From contig JAPMXV010000002.1 in NCBI GenBank assembly GCA_026936335.1, forward strand, positions 186,001 to 250,000: a stretch of 64,000 bases of DNA, in the 5' to 3' direction. Positions 1 to 13,577 of this stretch are shown in pieces; the first letter of the stretch is position 1, and the number at the start of each line of letters is the position of its first letter. The translations under genes were made by a program, and so were the position numbers. This stretch comes from Mantamonas sphyraenae STR306. Its lineage: Eukaryota > Protista > CRuMs. The notes under the pieces are model-generated. The model was not told the DNA's origin, did no database searches, and saw only the letters and a list, made by a program, of their open reading frames with translations.

Positions 1-3000
1 CCGTCCACAGCAAAGCCCAGATCGTACAGCCCTGCGGTGGGGCGAGCCACGCTGAGGTTGCCAAAGACAGCAGTGCCGTTGCGCATGCTGGTCACAAGGT
101 CGCCTGTGAGCAGTGTGTTGTTCACCACACGCACCGTGCGCACCGTCGTATCGGAGGCACCCACAAAGGTGGCACCTGCGTCCAAAGCGTGCACGCGGAT
201 GGTGGCCAGCCGCACCTCGGCTGCACTGCGTTCCTCCTGTGCCGCCCCCGAGGCAATCACCAGCTGTGTAGGCGCACCCACGGTCATGCTCACGTTGATG
301 CGCACACTCTCCAGCCCATCTGCACGGAACTCCACCGTGTACAGTCCCACCGGTGCTGCTTCCATCGCAAGGCCATCCATGTCCACCAGACCGTTCGTCA
401 TGTTCTTTTCCAACGTACCACGCAGCACCGTCGTCACGTTGGCTGTGACCCCAGCACCTCCACCGCCTCCGCCTCCGCCGCCATCACCGCCGCCGCCACC
501 AGGCAAGATTCCGCCTCCGTCCCCACCTGGCAACCCTCCATTATTGTCGTTGGTTCCGCCGCCTCCCGACGGCGTCGACGACGCGTTGGACGCCTCCACA
601 ATCTGGACGGCGGTGATGAGGCGTACAGCAGCATCGGCTTCACCGAGCTGGTTGCCTCCGGGATCCAGGGCCACGAGGCGCACGGGGTCGAGCAAACGCA
701 GCGCCGACGCGTTGTACGTAACCGTGACCGGCGTGAGCACAGTGAGTTGTGACGCACTGCCCACACGCACCGCAAAGTGAGTGTGGTCACCCAACAGGCC
801 GGCCGCGGCAAAGGCCAAACGGTATGTGTCTGCACGCGGTCGTTGCAGCGCCAGTTGGTGCAGAACAGCGATTCCCGAAACCATGGACACGGTTTGCGTG
901 CCCGTGAGCACCGAGGCAGTGCCGTTGACCGACACCGACACCTGCAGACCCACGCTGCTGCGTGTAGTGAGAGTGCCGCCTGCATCCTTGGCCAGCACCG
1001 TGACGTCGTTCAACGGCGTGCTGACATTCGACGGGTGTGGTCCACCCACGTAGGGCACCACACTGAGACTGTGAGCAGGCCCCACGGCCACGGTGGCTCC
1101 CAGGCTTGTGTTGCTCATGCCAGCCGTGCCAAACTCCAACACGTAGCTGCCGTTGCGTGCGGCGACAAAGGCCAGCGCCTCCCAACGCACCACGCCGAAA
1201 CGCATGGTTGCTTGACGCGTGCTGTTGCCCAACACGTCTTCCGGTGTGCAACGCACCTCCACCGTGCGGTTGGCGCTGTCAGTGTTGCCCACCAGCAATC
1301 CGCCGCTATCGTACGCCACCACTTCAATCAAGGGCAACGCATCGTACACCACCGAATCGCGCTGCAGCGTCGCCGTCGGCGTGCGCACCTCCAGTCGCAC
1401 CGGCGGCCCAATGCGAATGGCCACAGTCACGTTGGTCGCTGCCAATCCCGCGCTGGTCACATCCAACACGTACTCGCCTGCTCTCGGCGCCGCCAGGGTG
1501 ATGTGAAACTGGGCACGTGCTGCCCCTGCAGCCTTGGTCACCTCTGTTGCGCCACCCAGCAGCGGCGTATGTGTGGCGTTGCGCATGGCAATCGTCACAT
1601 TGCGTTGCAACGCAAGAGCCCCACCACCAGATTGGCCGCCGCGTCGCGCGACTGGATCTCCACCACAGGCACCTGCACGGATGCCACCGAGGGAAGAGGC
1701 CCCACATACGGCGTTACCGCCTGCAGCGAAACCGCAAAGCCCGGCTCCACAACAAACGCAATCGTCACCGGCACCATCGACGACGCCGTAAAGATCAGTG
1801 TGTACGTACCGTTGGCCGGCGAGGACACGTGCAGGCCGCTGATGCGAGCACGTCCTGCATCTAGTGTCACTGTGGTGGTGCCTTGCAGACTGAGCGAGGC
1901 GTTCAGGCTGGCTGCAGTCACTGCTTGGCCCGTCGCGCCGGGAACAAAGTTGCCGCTGACGTCGTAGGCAGCCACGTCCACGTCAGCAAGGGTCACTGAC
2001 AGCGCGGTCAGGTTGCTGATGCTGGACACGCCGGCCAATTGCAGCTGAGAGGGCAAGCCCTCGCGCACAATCAGCGCCACAGACTCGTTTGCATAGCCCG
2101 GTGCATAAACCTCAAGGGCATACGCTCCCACGAGAGGACGCAGCAACTGTACGCCTCCAAGCACCGCACGTGCACTCGAGCCGTCAAACACGGCGCTCGT
2201 GTTGCCTCCCAGCACCAGCGACGACACGTTGCTGCCACTCACACGCACGGTGAGGCCTGCCACCTGTTCGGGTCGCACCACGGCTCCGGCCGCATCCACC
2301 GCGTCCACTTCAATGCTTGCTACGTCCACAACCTCCCGCGAGATGTATGTGCTCACTGGCTCGGACAAGCGCAGTGATACAGGCGCACCCGTGCTCACCG
2401 TAATCGTCACTGTGCTGTTGCTCAGCGTGCCGCTTGCCACAGTCAATGTGTACGTGCCCGCGGGCGGTGCCAGCAACGCCAGGTTGTCCAGCGTCACCGT
2501 ACCATTGACCATGTAGGCCACCGAGCCTGTGCTTCGCAACAACGAGGAACCGGGCCACAGACTAGCCTCCACGGTTCGGTTGGTGACATCACTGCTGCCA
2601 ACAAACGTGTTGCCGGCGTCCAACGCACGCACGCTAATGCTGCCCACTGCAGTCACCACGCTCGTGTTGACCGCCACCGAGGCTGGTGTGAGCGTCTCCA
2701 GCTTCACCGCAGGTCCCACCGCAATTGTCACCGCCAGATCGACGCCGCCCAGCCCTGCACTCTCGAAACGCACTACAAATGTACCTGTGGGCGGTGCCAG
2801 CAGACGGAGAGTGTCCACGCTCACGTTGCCTGCCGCCATGGATAGGCCTGTGTTGCCAATCAGTGTCGTGCCTGCACTGGTGTTCACCAGACTCACCGCC
2901 ACTGTGCGCACCACCGTGTCGGTGGCACCCACCAGCGTGTTGCCTGCGTCCAGTGCCACCACATTGGTAGTGCCCAGACTCACCGACGACACCGACACCC

Positions 3001-6000
3001 GCGCCACAGCAGCGCCCGAGGTGATCGAAAGTCGCACCGGCGCTCCGATCGGCACCTGCAGCACATCGGTGGTATTGATCACGCTGGAGACGTACGCGCC
3101 ACCTGCACCCACGCTCACCTCGTACGTGCTGGCCACGGGGCTGCTCAGGAACAGACCCGTGAAGCTCACGCGTCCCTGGCTCGTTGTGCGCGACAACACG
3201 CCGCCCACAGCCAGGCTGCCATTCACAGACAGATGCACAGGCAAGGCACCGTTCGGAGTCAAAGTGCTCACCGCGCCACTGGCGTCCTCCACACGAACGC
3301 TCACAGTACTCAGCGGTACGTGGGCGGCCGAAGGGAACGATGCGCCGGACAGGCCACTCTCCACCACCAGGCGGTGGGGATTGCCCATCGTCACCGTCAC
3401 GTTTACGTCGGTGCTGCTTAGACCCGACGCAGACAGTACAACGCGGTACACGCCCGCAGGCGGACGGTGCAACGTCAGCGCGGTCAGATTGGCCAACCCG
3501 TTGCTGCTGAGCACAGAGCGCACACCGCCCAGATACGCGTCCTGTGTGCTGTTGCTCACCTGGGCACTCACGTTGCGTGCTGCGTCTGTGCCTCCCACAA
3601 AGTTGCCACCCACATCGTACACCGCCAGTCGCACGTCAGGCAACGCCACAGACACGTCTGTTTGCATGGTTGCCGTCGCAGCACTCAAACGGCGAAGCTC
3701 CACGCCAGGTCCAATCACCACCGTCACCTGAGTGGCGGTTTGGTTCAGTTGGTTGTCGCTGCTGAACGTCAGCACATACGTACCCGTGGGCGGCGCCAGC
3801 AGATGCAGATCCGTAAAGTTGGCCACGCCGCCTGCCATCAACTGTACGCGGGTGCCTCCAAGAGTAGACGCAGTCACATCCACGCCATTGCGTGTCATGG
3901 CCACTTGCACCCACTTTGTGCTTGTGTCGTTGCTCAGCAGCGGCTCCTTCTGATGGTTCAGCGTACGCACAGCCACGGGCGACAACGCCACTGAGGCCAC
4001 ACTTGCTTGCGCAGCCATACCGCTCAGGTCACTCACAAACTGCAGCGACTTGGGCGTGTTCACAAACACGCCGTGGATTTCCGTTTCAAACAGCCAGCCG
4101 CCGTCTGTGCCTGTGCCCAGAGTGCCCAGCGCCGCCTCCGAGTTGTTGAAGCGCAAGCGGAAGCGATCGGAACGCACCTCGGTGGAGAGGAAGTCCAGAC
4201 ACAGGGACACGTCGTTGAGGTCCGACGGGATGAAGAAGCACGGCTTTTGCGTGCCCAGCGAAGCCGCGCCAATCTTGGTGACTCGAGTCAGCAGCTGCAC
4301 CCACGACTGGGTGCCTGCATTCCACATGTCCACAAAGTACACCTCGGGTTGGTTGCGACAAGGCAGGTACCACGCAAACACAAACTCGTTCACAAACGCA
4401 GGCTCGGGCAAGGCAATTTCCACAAACGCCAGCTCTGTCGCGTCCGCTGCCATCTGCGCAAACGTGTGGCCACACTGGAAGCCATCGTTGGTGTCGTTCT
4501 TCCTGCAGCACCGATCGCTGTCCAGCAGCTGGGTCGTAAACACGCCCACGCTGCGGCTGGCGGAAATGTTGGCCACCGTTCCATTCGTGGCAATGTTGGG
4601 CAGGTACGAAATACCCAGCGATGTGCGTTCCGGCACGCCCACACTCAACTCGTCGCTGGTACGGCAGAGAGGCGAAAACGGCTCAATGTAGCGGAACAAG
4701 TCTTGCGCCGCCGTGGGCACAAAGTTCTGCCCGTTGTTGGCCACGCCAAACAGCACCAGGCCGACGTCGCGCGCGGGCGAAATGCACACAATCTGTGTCG
4801 TCGACACAAATGTGGGTTTCGTCGTACTCACGGTGTCACCAAAGTTGCAGTTGAGCAGTTCCGAGGAAATAAAGTTGGCGCCGATCACCGTGATCTCCGA
4901 GCGGCCGTACACCTTGCCGTTGTTTGGCGTAAACGACGTCACCACCTCTGTCGCGTGGTACATGAAATCCTTTGTGCCTGCACTGACGTTGAATCCTGCG
5001 TTGTTGCTCACCGTGACAGACACGTTGCCCGCAGAAGCTGCAGGCGACACACACACCATCTGCGTCGCAGACACATACAGACTGCTCGTACATGCCACTC
5101 CACCCACATAGGCACGCAGCGCGGCAGTGGGTGCAAAATTCTGGCCTCCAATCGTGATGCGAGTGCCGCCAACGACGGCGCCGAGGAACGGAGCAATGGA
5201 TGTGTAGTTGGCGGCCGGCAAGGCACTGATGGTGAACGGGCTGCCCTGAACATGGACACCAGTCGATGTGCGCACATTGACGGTGTGCACACCTGCACTC
5301 TGGGCGCTGTAGGTGGCCCGGTACACGCTTCCCGACACCTTGCCGAATGTGGTCGCCACATTGCCAGCGCTTGCGTCTGTCACAGTGACCACAAACGGAT
5401 TTGCCACACTGCTGTTGGTGATGGCGTTGTTGTACGGGTCGCGTGCGTCGATGTCCAAAGACACGACCGAATTGAGGCCGAGAGCAGTGCCCACGCCTTC
5501 GCCGGAAACGGTACACAGCGGCGCATGTAGCACCGACGGCAACACGTTCACTGTGTACGGGCTGTTCTTGATGGTGGCACCCGCGGCCGAGCCCAGACGA
5601 ACCTCCAGCGCGTACGTGCCCGAGATGGTGGCGTTGAACAGGACGTCATACTGAGCCACAGCGCCGGGCTGTGCTGCAATCGACTGCATGCTCACACTCG
5701 TGTTTGCGTTCCCTCCCGTGAGTGCAATGTGCCATGTTTCCACTGGCTCATCGCCGTAGTTGCCGTACACGTCCACAGCCTGAATACGGAACGAGCCAAG
5801 CGTTCCGGCTGTCACGGGGCTGCTCACGGCGCTGCCACTCACAAACGAGTTGACAGCCACTGCGGACGCAGTGCGCACAGTCACATTCAACGGCGAGCCG
5901 GGCAGGTGTACGCCGCCGAGTGTCACGAGCAGCTGATAGCCGCGTGCAACTGTGGGCGACATGCTGGCAACATACGAGCCAGCGACACCTGCGTTGTTGA

Positions 6001-9000
6001 CCACCGTGGCCACCACGGTCGTGCCCGTGTGTACCCAGTGCTGCAAGCGCACGTCCACGGTGTCGCCGTACGTGGTGCGGTTGTTGGCAAAGCGATCACG
6101 CAGCTGTACCGCAAGCGATGTGGCCAGCCCTGCGCGTTGCACAAGCAAAGACGAATAGGCGCTCGTGTGTGCGTACGCATCGGCCGTGGCTACCACTGTG
6201 ACAAACGGAGAGCCACCCACGGGTGCGCCATTCAGGTGCACATGGGTATCGTACGTCCCGCTCACGGTTACGTTGTAGCTGATGTCATACAGTCCGTTTG
6301 TGCTGGGCATGCTGCCAACCACCGTGCCGTTGACACGCACGTGCGCATACACGCGATGCTGCAGCCACGCGCTCACAGTATCACTCGTCTCGGTGCGCAG
6401 GTTGTTGTACCTGTCGCGCGCCTGCAGTGTGAACGACGACACCGACCCGGCCACGGATGCACCCAGGCCCGCACCACTTGCCACACAGTTGGCCGCCCGT
6501 GCTGCTGTGGGCAGCACGGTCAGTGTCTGGCCCGAGTTTTGCAGTTGCTGGCTTGTGCTCACCAGGCGCATGAAAAGCGTGTAGGAACCCGCCAGCGTCA
6601 AATTGACGTTCAAGTTGTACATGCCCAGCGTGCTTGGCGTGCTTTTGTCCATCAAAATGGACCCCAGCGTGCCGTGTGTTCCATGCGTGTACGCAAGTTG
6701 GATGTTGTCGTCGGTGTCTGTCACGTTGTTTGTGTACGTGTCGCGTCCCTGCACATCCACACGAACCAGCGTCCCAGCCTCCACATTCTGGCCGAATGAG
6801 CTGCTGTACGCAACGGTCTTGCTGCCCACCACGGTGCTGGGCAGAAGCGTCACCAAAGGCGTCGACTGCATGACACTCGACGACGCATCCAGCTGCGCAA
6901 CCGACATGCTGTACGCGCCCGTGACGGTGCCTGAAAACGTCATGCGCACACCTCCGTACAGCTGTGCAGCATTGCCCAATGCCAACGCGCCAACGCCGCC
7001 CTTGGTTGTGTGGCTGAGCGACCCGGACAGCAGCGTGCCGCCCACATTGGGCGAAGGCGGTCCAGAAAAGGGTTTGCTTTGCCCGCTGTCCGCATGATCC
7101 ATGTGCCTTCCGTTTGGCGAACGGTCCCACAGCACAGTGCTCTCGCGTTGATCGCAGTCGTAGTACGCAATCAGGTCGACATCACTTGGGACGGGCTTGA
7201 ATTGCTGTAGCGCCTGCATCTCGGCCGGAGCCAAGAGGCGCGACCACAGAGCAATGTCATCCAGGTAGCCATTGTAAGCCTCATCTTGCACAAAGCCACC
7301 GTCGGGCGAGTCTTGCTCTTCACCAATCACCATGACGCCGCCGGACGGGATGGCTGCGTTCCAGGCACCGTCCGTGTACTCCTGCAACAGGGTGTTGTCC
7401 ATGTACACGCGCATCTTGCTCTGGGTGCGGTCGTACGTGACCTGCACCAAGTGCCATCCCACGACGGTGGTTGTATGCGTCTTCCACTTGTTCATGGCGT
7501 ATGCACCCACCATGTGCTTGCCAATGCCAACGCCAAACGGGTTTGTGCCTTGGTGGTACGTGATCACCGCAGGCCAACCCGAGGTCAGAAGCGGGGATGC
7601 CCACGTGGAAAAGGTAAGCTGGTCCACGGCCGAGGAAAGAAAGTTGAACCGGCGATAGCGATCGTCCGACGTATGGCGCAGGCGGATGCCCAAGCCTGCC
7701 GGAAAACCAGGTTCATACAAGGCGCTGGACGACGAGCCAATGGCTGTCAGATCCAGGCCTGCTCCAGACACATCGCTGATGACATTGCCAGCGCAGTCGT
7801 GAAAGTCCCACGTTGCGACAAGACCCGCGGTGTGTTCCTCGCCCGCCGCCCAAGTGTTGGTCATCAGCCGTTCTTGCTTTGCCTCGTTAAAAACTGCTGC
7901 AAAGATGCCAACCTGGCCAATGTGACCATTGTACGCCGAGCCAGCATCGAGGCCGCCACCGAGAGTCGTCTGGCGGCCGCCAAAGATCAGGGTGCCCCCC
8001 GCTACAATGGCTCGGCCAACCGCCACGGATGGAGTGGCCAGGGAGTTGAAGAGGCCACCGCGACGATACTGGAAGCGCCCATCAGAAGAGCGCCATGTGG
8101 GACAGGCGAACATCCATTCTCCTGCGTCCTGGATTGTTTGAGCCGGTGCGGCCTGTCCGGTTACGGTGGCGCTGATTTCGCCGTTGGCTGCGTTGTACCG
8201 CACTTCAAAGTCGGCCACGCTCTGTACGCTGGCATACGAGATGAGCGTGCTGGTTTGGCCGTTGGCAGCAGGCTTGTACCACAAGCACACCGTCACGGCT
8301 GTGGTGGGGAAAGGAAAGTTGTCGCGTCGCAGATGGCGCTGGTTGTCCAGCTTGAGTATGCACTCGTTGACTGTGCTGACGTTGTTGCCAAAGCGGTCCA
8401 ACAACCCAAAGTCCACGTTTGCCGTGGTGCCTGCACGTGGCTGCGCGGGCGCAACCGAACGCACACGACTGCGCATCACGCTGGACAGCGTGGAGCGCAC
8501 GGGCACAATAAAGGGCGAACCGGAAATGGGTTCGCCGAGCGTAAAGATATGCAACCAATACGTTCCTGTGCTCGTCACGTTGTAGGTGGTGATGAACTGC
8601 CCTGCGGTCGATGTCGGCGACACCTGTGCCGTGGCCACCACGCTGCTGCTGCTGCTGCTACTGCTGCGCAGGTGCACCGCAAACACGTCGTTGTGGTCGC
8701 TGCGCAGGTTGGTGAATGCATCGCGTGCGTTGATGTACGCGCTGGCCAGGTCGCCCACAGTTGCATATTGCGAACCTGCGCCAAACGCATCGGAGAAGGA
8801 AGGAAACAGCGACGCGGCGCGGATCTGCACCGTTGCGCTGCCCACAGCCGCGCCTCCCACTGTCACTGCAAGTGTGTAGGTACCTGCAATGGTTGCATTG
8901 TAGGTGGCATAGTAACGGCCCGAAGTGCCACCAGCATAGGAAATGGCAACAGGCACTGTGTTTGTGCTGAAGGACATGGTGGCTTCCACGACGTCGCCGT

Positions 9001-12000
9001 TGCTCGTGCGGTTGTTGCTGTACACGTCGCGAGCCTGCATGTACAGGCTGCCCTGTGCACCTGCAACCACCGAACCCATCACATGCGTAAGCAGGCTGTT
9101 GCTGGCCACCGTTGCAGAAGGCGTCACCACGGGGCTGTACGGACTGCCTGCGACAGGAACTCCAGACACGCTCAACGCGAGGGTATACGGGCCACTCACG
9201 GTCGGCACAAACTGGGCGCGGTATTGTCCGTTGCCCAGGTGTGATACAGCCACGGGGAAACTGACGCCGGGGGCAGACTGGTGCACAAGCGTGCCTTGGA
9301 ACGCATCGCCTGCCAGCGAACGCAGATTTTCAAACGCGTCGCGGCTCTGGATGAATACGTTTGTGGTTGTACCAGCCACTGTTTGCGTCAGTCCTGTGCC
9401 CGACACGGTGCTGTGCGGACCACTGACTGCTCCAGGCTGCACGTTGACAGTGCTGGGCGTGTTTGGCAACGAGCCGCCCGGTGCACTGACACTCAGGGAC
9501 CAGTCGGACGCAGCGTAAGTCACATTGTAGGTGGCTGTGTATGCGCCATCGCCTGTGTACGTAAAGGTGACGGGCACAGCGGCCTGTCCGCTCTTGGTCA
9601 GCGAGCCCGTGAGCACCACGGAGCTGGTCAGCTTGTTCTGGTACTGGTCGCGTGTCTGGATGGACAGCGAGGCAAGAACACCTGCTGTTGCGCTGGTGAG
9701 ACCGGCGCCCACAACCGGCGAGCTTGGCCTGTGCAACACATCCGGTTTCACCGTTAGTGTGTACGGCGATGCGGCAATGTGCGAGAACCGCGGGAAATCC
9801 GGATTATCGGCTGCCTGAGAAAGTACGTTGAGTGCATACGTTCCTGCAATGGTGGCTGTGTACGAGGTGCGTGAAGCGCCGACAGCGACGTACGCAATCT
9901 GCGTTTGATTCTGCTGAATCCACGGAGCTGTCTGCAGCTTGGCGTTGATGGAGTGTAGGTACTCGTACGGTGTGGGTCGAAGCGCATTGTCTCTGTTGTA
10001 CACAGTGACTTGGCCCGTGCTTCCTGCGGTCAGGGTGGCAATGTTGCCAGATACCAAGCTGATCGAGTAGTTGGCGAAGCCTGAGAGGACGGCGATGTTG
10101 TAGGACGAGATCACGTAACGATTGTCATTCACGATGTCATAGAAAGCCCAGTTGAAAGTGCTGTTGAACGTAAACCCAAAGGGCATGGTATACCCTACGC
10201 CGTCGTGGGTTGCCACGGGCTGGGGATACACCTTGTTGTTGTCCAGCTTGTCGACCACATCCATGCGGACGGTGTCTGCTCCGATTGGGCGAGCATTCAG
10301 GTACTTGTCCTTCAATGGCCCCACCTTGATGAAGCCTCCAGTTTGGTCAACTCGGGTTACGATGAACCATGTTTGCCACGTGAATGAGGTAATCCACTCG
10401 ATTTTGCCGGGATGCACGGTGACAGCAAAGGGAGAACCGATGATGGGGGCCTGGTTGTCCGAGTTGAACATGTTGAGCATGTAGGACGCGGCGATGGTGA
10501 CATTGTACGAAACGAGGTACTGGCCCGGGTCGACGTACGTAAGGACAGGCACGTGCGTGTTGGATCCAGCCAACGAGGTGTTGGTAAGGGTGGCAGAGAA
10601 CCAAACCGCGCCGATGCTTGCGTTGTTGTAGAAATTGTCTCGCATCTGCACGCGTACGGTGTTTGTTTCGCCGGCAATGGACGAGTTGACGCCCGACTCG
10701 ATATAACTGCGTATAGCCATGGGATTCTGCGGACGCAGGGTGAGGGGAGCGGTCCACGCCGTGATGGAGTCATTGACAATGCGGATCTCGTAGTCACCCG
10801 GAACGGTGGGGTACTTGTTGTACTCGGCCGGGTTGTTTGTGTTTTTGGTGGGCAGCCACTCATAGCAATCAGCAGGATATGCTGCTGGGGGCTCGGGACA
10901 GCTGCCGGGCGAGGTGATCTCCTTCCAGCGCACGTAGGGAAAATCCATGACCTTGGTGCCGCCCAGCCAGAGTTGGTAGGAGGCGAGGACGTTGTTGCTG
11001 GTCCACCAGTTGTGTCGTGTGACGGGCCTGCCTTGGCAGTCGTAGGCTTGAATGACAGGCACCTGAAGCAGGCTGTCGACGAAGCGCGAGGTGTCCGGGG
11101 CAGGGTTGCTTGTCTTGACGGCGATTTGGCACGGGGCGCGCGTTTCGTAGTTGACGGTGATGGTGGCCGTGATGAGGGTGGAGTTGGCAATGCCATTGTT
11201 GAGACGGTACTTGATGGTGTGTGTGCCGGTGACCTCTCCCGCGGTGTAGACGACTGAGAGGTCGCTCGTGAGGTAGCCGATCTTGCTTGTGGTGCCGTAA
11301 GCAGGCACCTCCTCGATGTACGCATACATCTTGTTGCCAAAGTTGTCCTCCTCGGCACCGGACACCAGTTCAAACGACGTCTGTGCGCCCTGGACGATGG
11401 TTGCGCTGAGAGTGGGAATCTTGGAAGCAAAGGCGCGGTCGTACATCTGGTGCTTGTAGTTGCGCTCGACCTGCGTGGAATTCAGGGGAAAGTCGTACAC
11501 CGCAGCGTAGAGGATATCTCCGTCCCAGGCGCGGTCGTTTGTGTGCTCGTTGCCCAGCAGCATATAAAAGCTGGAGGAAAACGACAGCGGGTAGTTGCCG
11601 TAGTTGACGCTGCCCACTTGGACGCCGTCCACAAATGCCTTTTTGTAGTACGTGGTGGAGTAGCCGGTATCCACGCGCTCGTATGTGAGTACGAGGTGAT
11701 ACCACGTGTTGACGGACGTGAACACCCCGCTGTACGTGGTCTCCTCACAGCCGCCCTTGGAAGTTTTCAGGCGGTAGGCAAGGGCGCCGTTTGCTTGGCC
11801 CATGTGGAAATTGATGTTCCCCATACAGCCTGTGTGCGCAGAGTAGGGGAGGTGGCGGGGGAAGGGCGGTGGATACGTATGGTTGTGAGTACGAGAACAC
11901 GGGAGCTTCGGGAGCCCTTCGAAAGCCGAGAGGACAAAAGCAAAGGTTGGAATCATGCAAGGAGGGTTTCAAAGGCAGCCACAGGCGCGAGGAACACGTG

Positions 12001-12561
12001 GGACAAAGCAGGCGGGCCTAGTGCGTCTGTTGGAAACGTGAGGTCATGTGCGCATGGATGACACAGACCGAGCAGTGCCATTGCATACGGACGCTGCGGC
12101 AAAAAGCGTGGGGCTCAAAAGGGAAATTTTGTCGCGACGCAGGTGCGTTTCGCTGCCGAACGGCTGGCCAAGGAGGACGTACTGGTGCCTGAAGAGAGCG
12201 AAACCATGCGCTTAGGGCCACTTTGCGTCAGGCTTCGTGTTCGGACCCACGCCTCGACGCTCATTTGGTCGTTGGCGTCGATGTTGTCCTTGACCTTGGC
12301 GGAAGCTGTGTTGGTGCTTGTGGCCTTGCCACCGTTGTTTGTATCGATTCCATACAGTGGTGCCGACCTGATAAAGGCACTACTGAGGGTTAGGTCACAT
12401 GCGGCGCCTGACCCTGTGTCTTCAAGCTTGCCACCGACGAGGCCCTTGATGTACCACTGGCCGAGAACACCCGGTGTCGTGGTGCTGTACTCAGGTTCTG
12501 CTGAGCACACAAGGCCTACGAGAGCAGCAAGAGCAACAATGAGAAGGAAGGCAGACTTCAT
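1..12561 (-). CDS. Giant secreted/surface protein (>4000 aa, 3'-truncated by the window): signal peptide, LamG/pentraxin-like domains, many filamin-type Ig repeats, 2 IPT/TIG domains, C-terminal ~100-aa Ig-like repeats
   Basis: Exon 1 starts MKSAFLLIVALAALVGLVCSAEP at 12561. A phase-1 GT-AG intron 12182..11830 joins it to ORF 1595..11956. Filamin-like motifs recur (ARD.Y.N, G.Y...Y....AG.Y.L.V, GSPF.V.V). LamG motifs: WYHLVLTY...FVDG and WHLVQVTYD...YNGYLDDIALWSRLL. IPT motifs: GGTRITIGGQNF and GRSEITVIGANF. Repeats continue to position 1 after a frameshift in a G-run near 1620. Confidence 0.8.
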
Positions 12562-12651
12562 CAGGGAAGGATGCAGATGCACAACACACGAGTGTTTTTG
12601 TTCTTCTTGCGTTTGCCCGGTGCGCGCGCACACAGTGCACACCTGTCCATC

Positions 12652-13347
12652 TCACTCCACCACGTGCGCCCTGGTGATCAACACGGGTTTGGCCGTGTCG
12701 CCAGACTCGGATCCGACAGCTTCCATGGCGGCAAGGGTGTCCTCACCGTCCACCATGTGACCAAAAACGACGTGCGCGCCATCCAAATGGGTGCAAGCGG
12801 CAAAGGTGATGAAGAACTGGGAAGTGTTTGTGTTCTTCTTGCCACTGTTGGCCATGCTGAGCACGCCGCGGCGGTCATGCGTGAGCTTGAGGCCGTCTTT
12901 GTCGTCCTTGAAGGGTTTGCCCTTGGCAAAGGAGGAGGGTGAGGAGCCACGGCCGGTGTAGTCGCCAGCTTGGGCCATGAAACCCGGAATGATTCTGTGA
13001 AAGGCACAGTTCTCGCTGTACTTTGGCAGCAGAGCCAGAAAGTTCTCCACTGCTTTGGGGCTGGCGTCAGCGTTGAGCTCCAGCTCGACATAGCCCTCGT
13101 GGTGATCGCTCATGTCGACAGGCTTGAGTTGCATGATGTCTGTGTGGCCTTCTCCCTTGTATAATTCCTCCAGTGCCTCGATTGCGTCCTCGTCAAGGTC
13201 GATTGCTTGCGACGAGTAGCCGTACCGCGGTCCGCTCTCCTCCAGCCACTTGACGCCATTGTCAAATGCCTCCCGTTGGGCAGCCAGAGTGTCTAGGTCG
13301 CCCACAAGGATATCGAGGCGAACGCGTGTGTTTGCAGAGCTGGACAT
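12652..13347 (-). CDS. Cyclophilin-type peptidyl-prolyl isomerase with an N-terminal insertion
   Basis: Motifs PKAVENF, FHRIIPGFMAQAGDYT, LSMANSG..TNTSQFFITF and HLDGAHVVFG. Likely start MSSSANTRVRLDI at 13347. Confidence 0.92.
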   Translation of the reverse strand: MSSSANTRVRLDILVGDLDTLAAQREAFDNGVKWLEESGPRYGYSSQAIDLDEDAIEALEELYKGEGHTDIMQLKPVDMSDHHEGYVELELNADASPKAVENFLALLPKYSENCAFHRIIPGFMAQAGDYTGRGSSPSSFAKGKPFKDDKDGLKLTHDRRGVLSMANSGKKNTNTSQFFITFAACTHLDGAHVVFGHMVDGEDTLAAMEAVGSESGDTAKPVLITRAHVVE

Positions 13348-13577
13348 GGGTGTGGGTGGGTGTGCAGGCGCTGCGCGATCATCACCACCACAGCATGTGT
13401 GCACAGGAAGAGTATGTGCCTTGGGGTCCGTGGTGCCATGGAACATGGCAACATGGGTGGTGAAGAGAAAATGGGCCGTGGACAGACAAAGCAAGGAGCC
13501 GGGACTGGGAATGGCAGGATTCATTGCGCTGTGCCCTCCCAGCATTCATCAGCAATCTCTGCTCGGCAACAAAAGGC

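Noticed and set aside
37-11257. Many long + strand ORFs opposite the giant surface protein
   Set aside because: Antisense shadows caused by GC-rich codon bias; no recognisable motifs.
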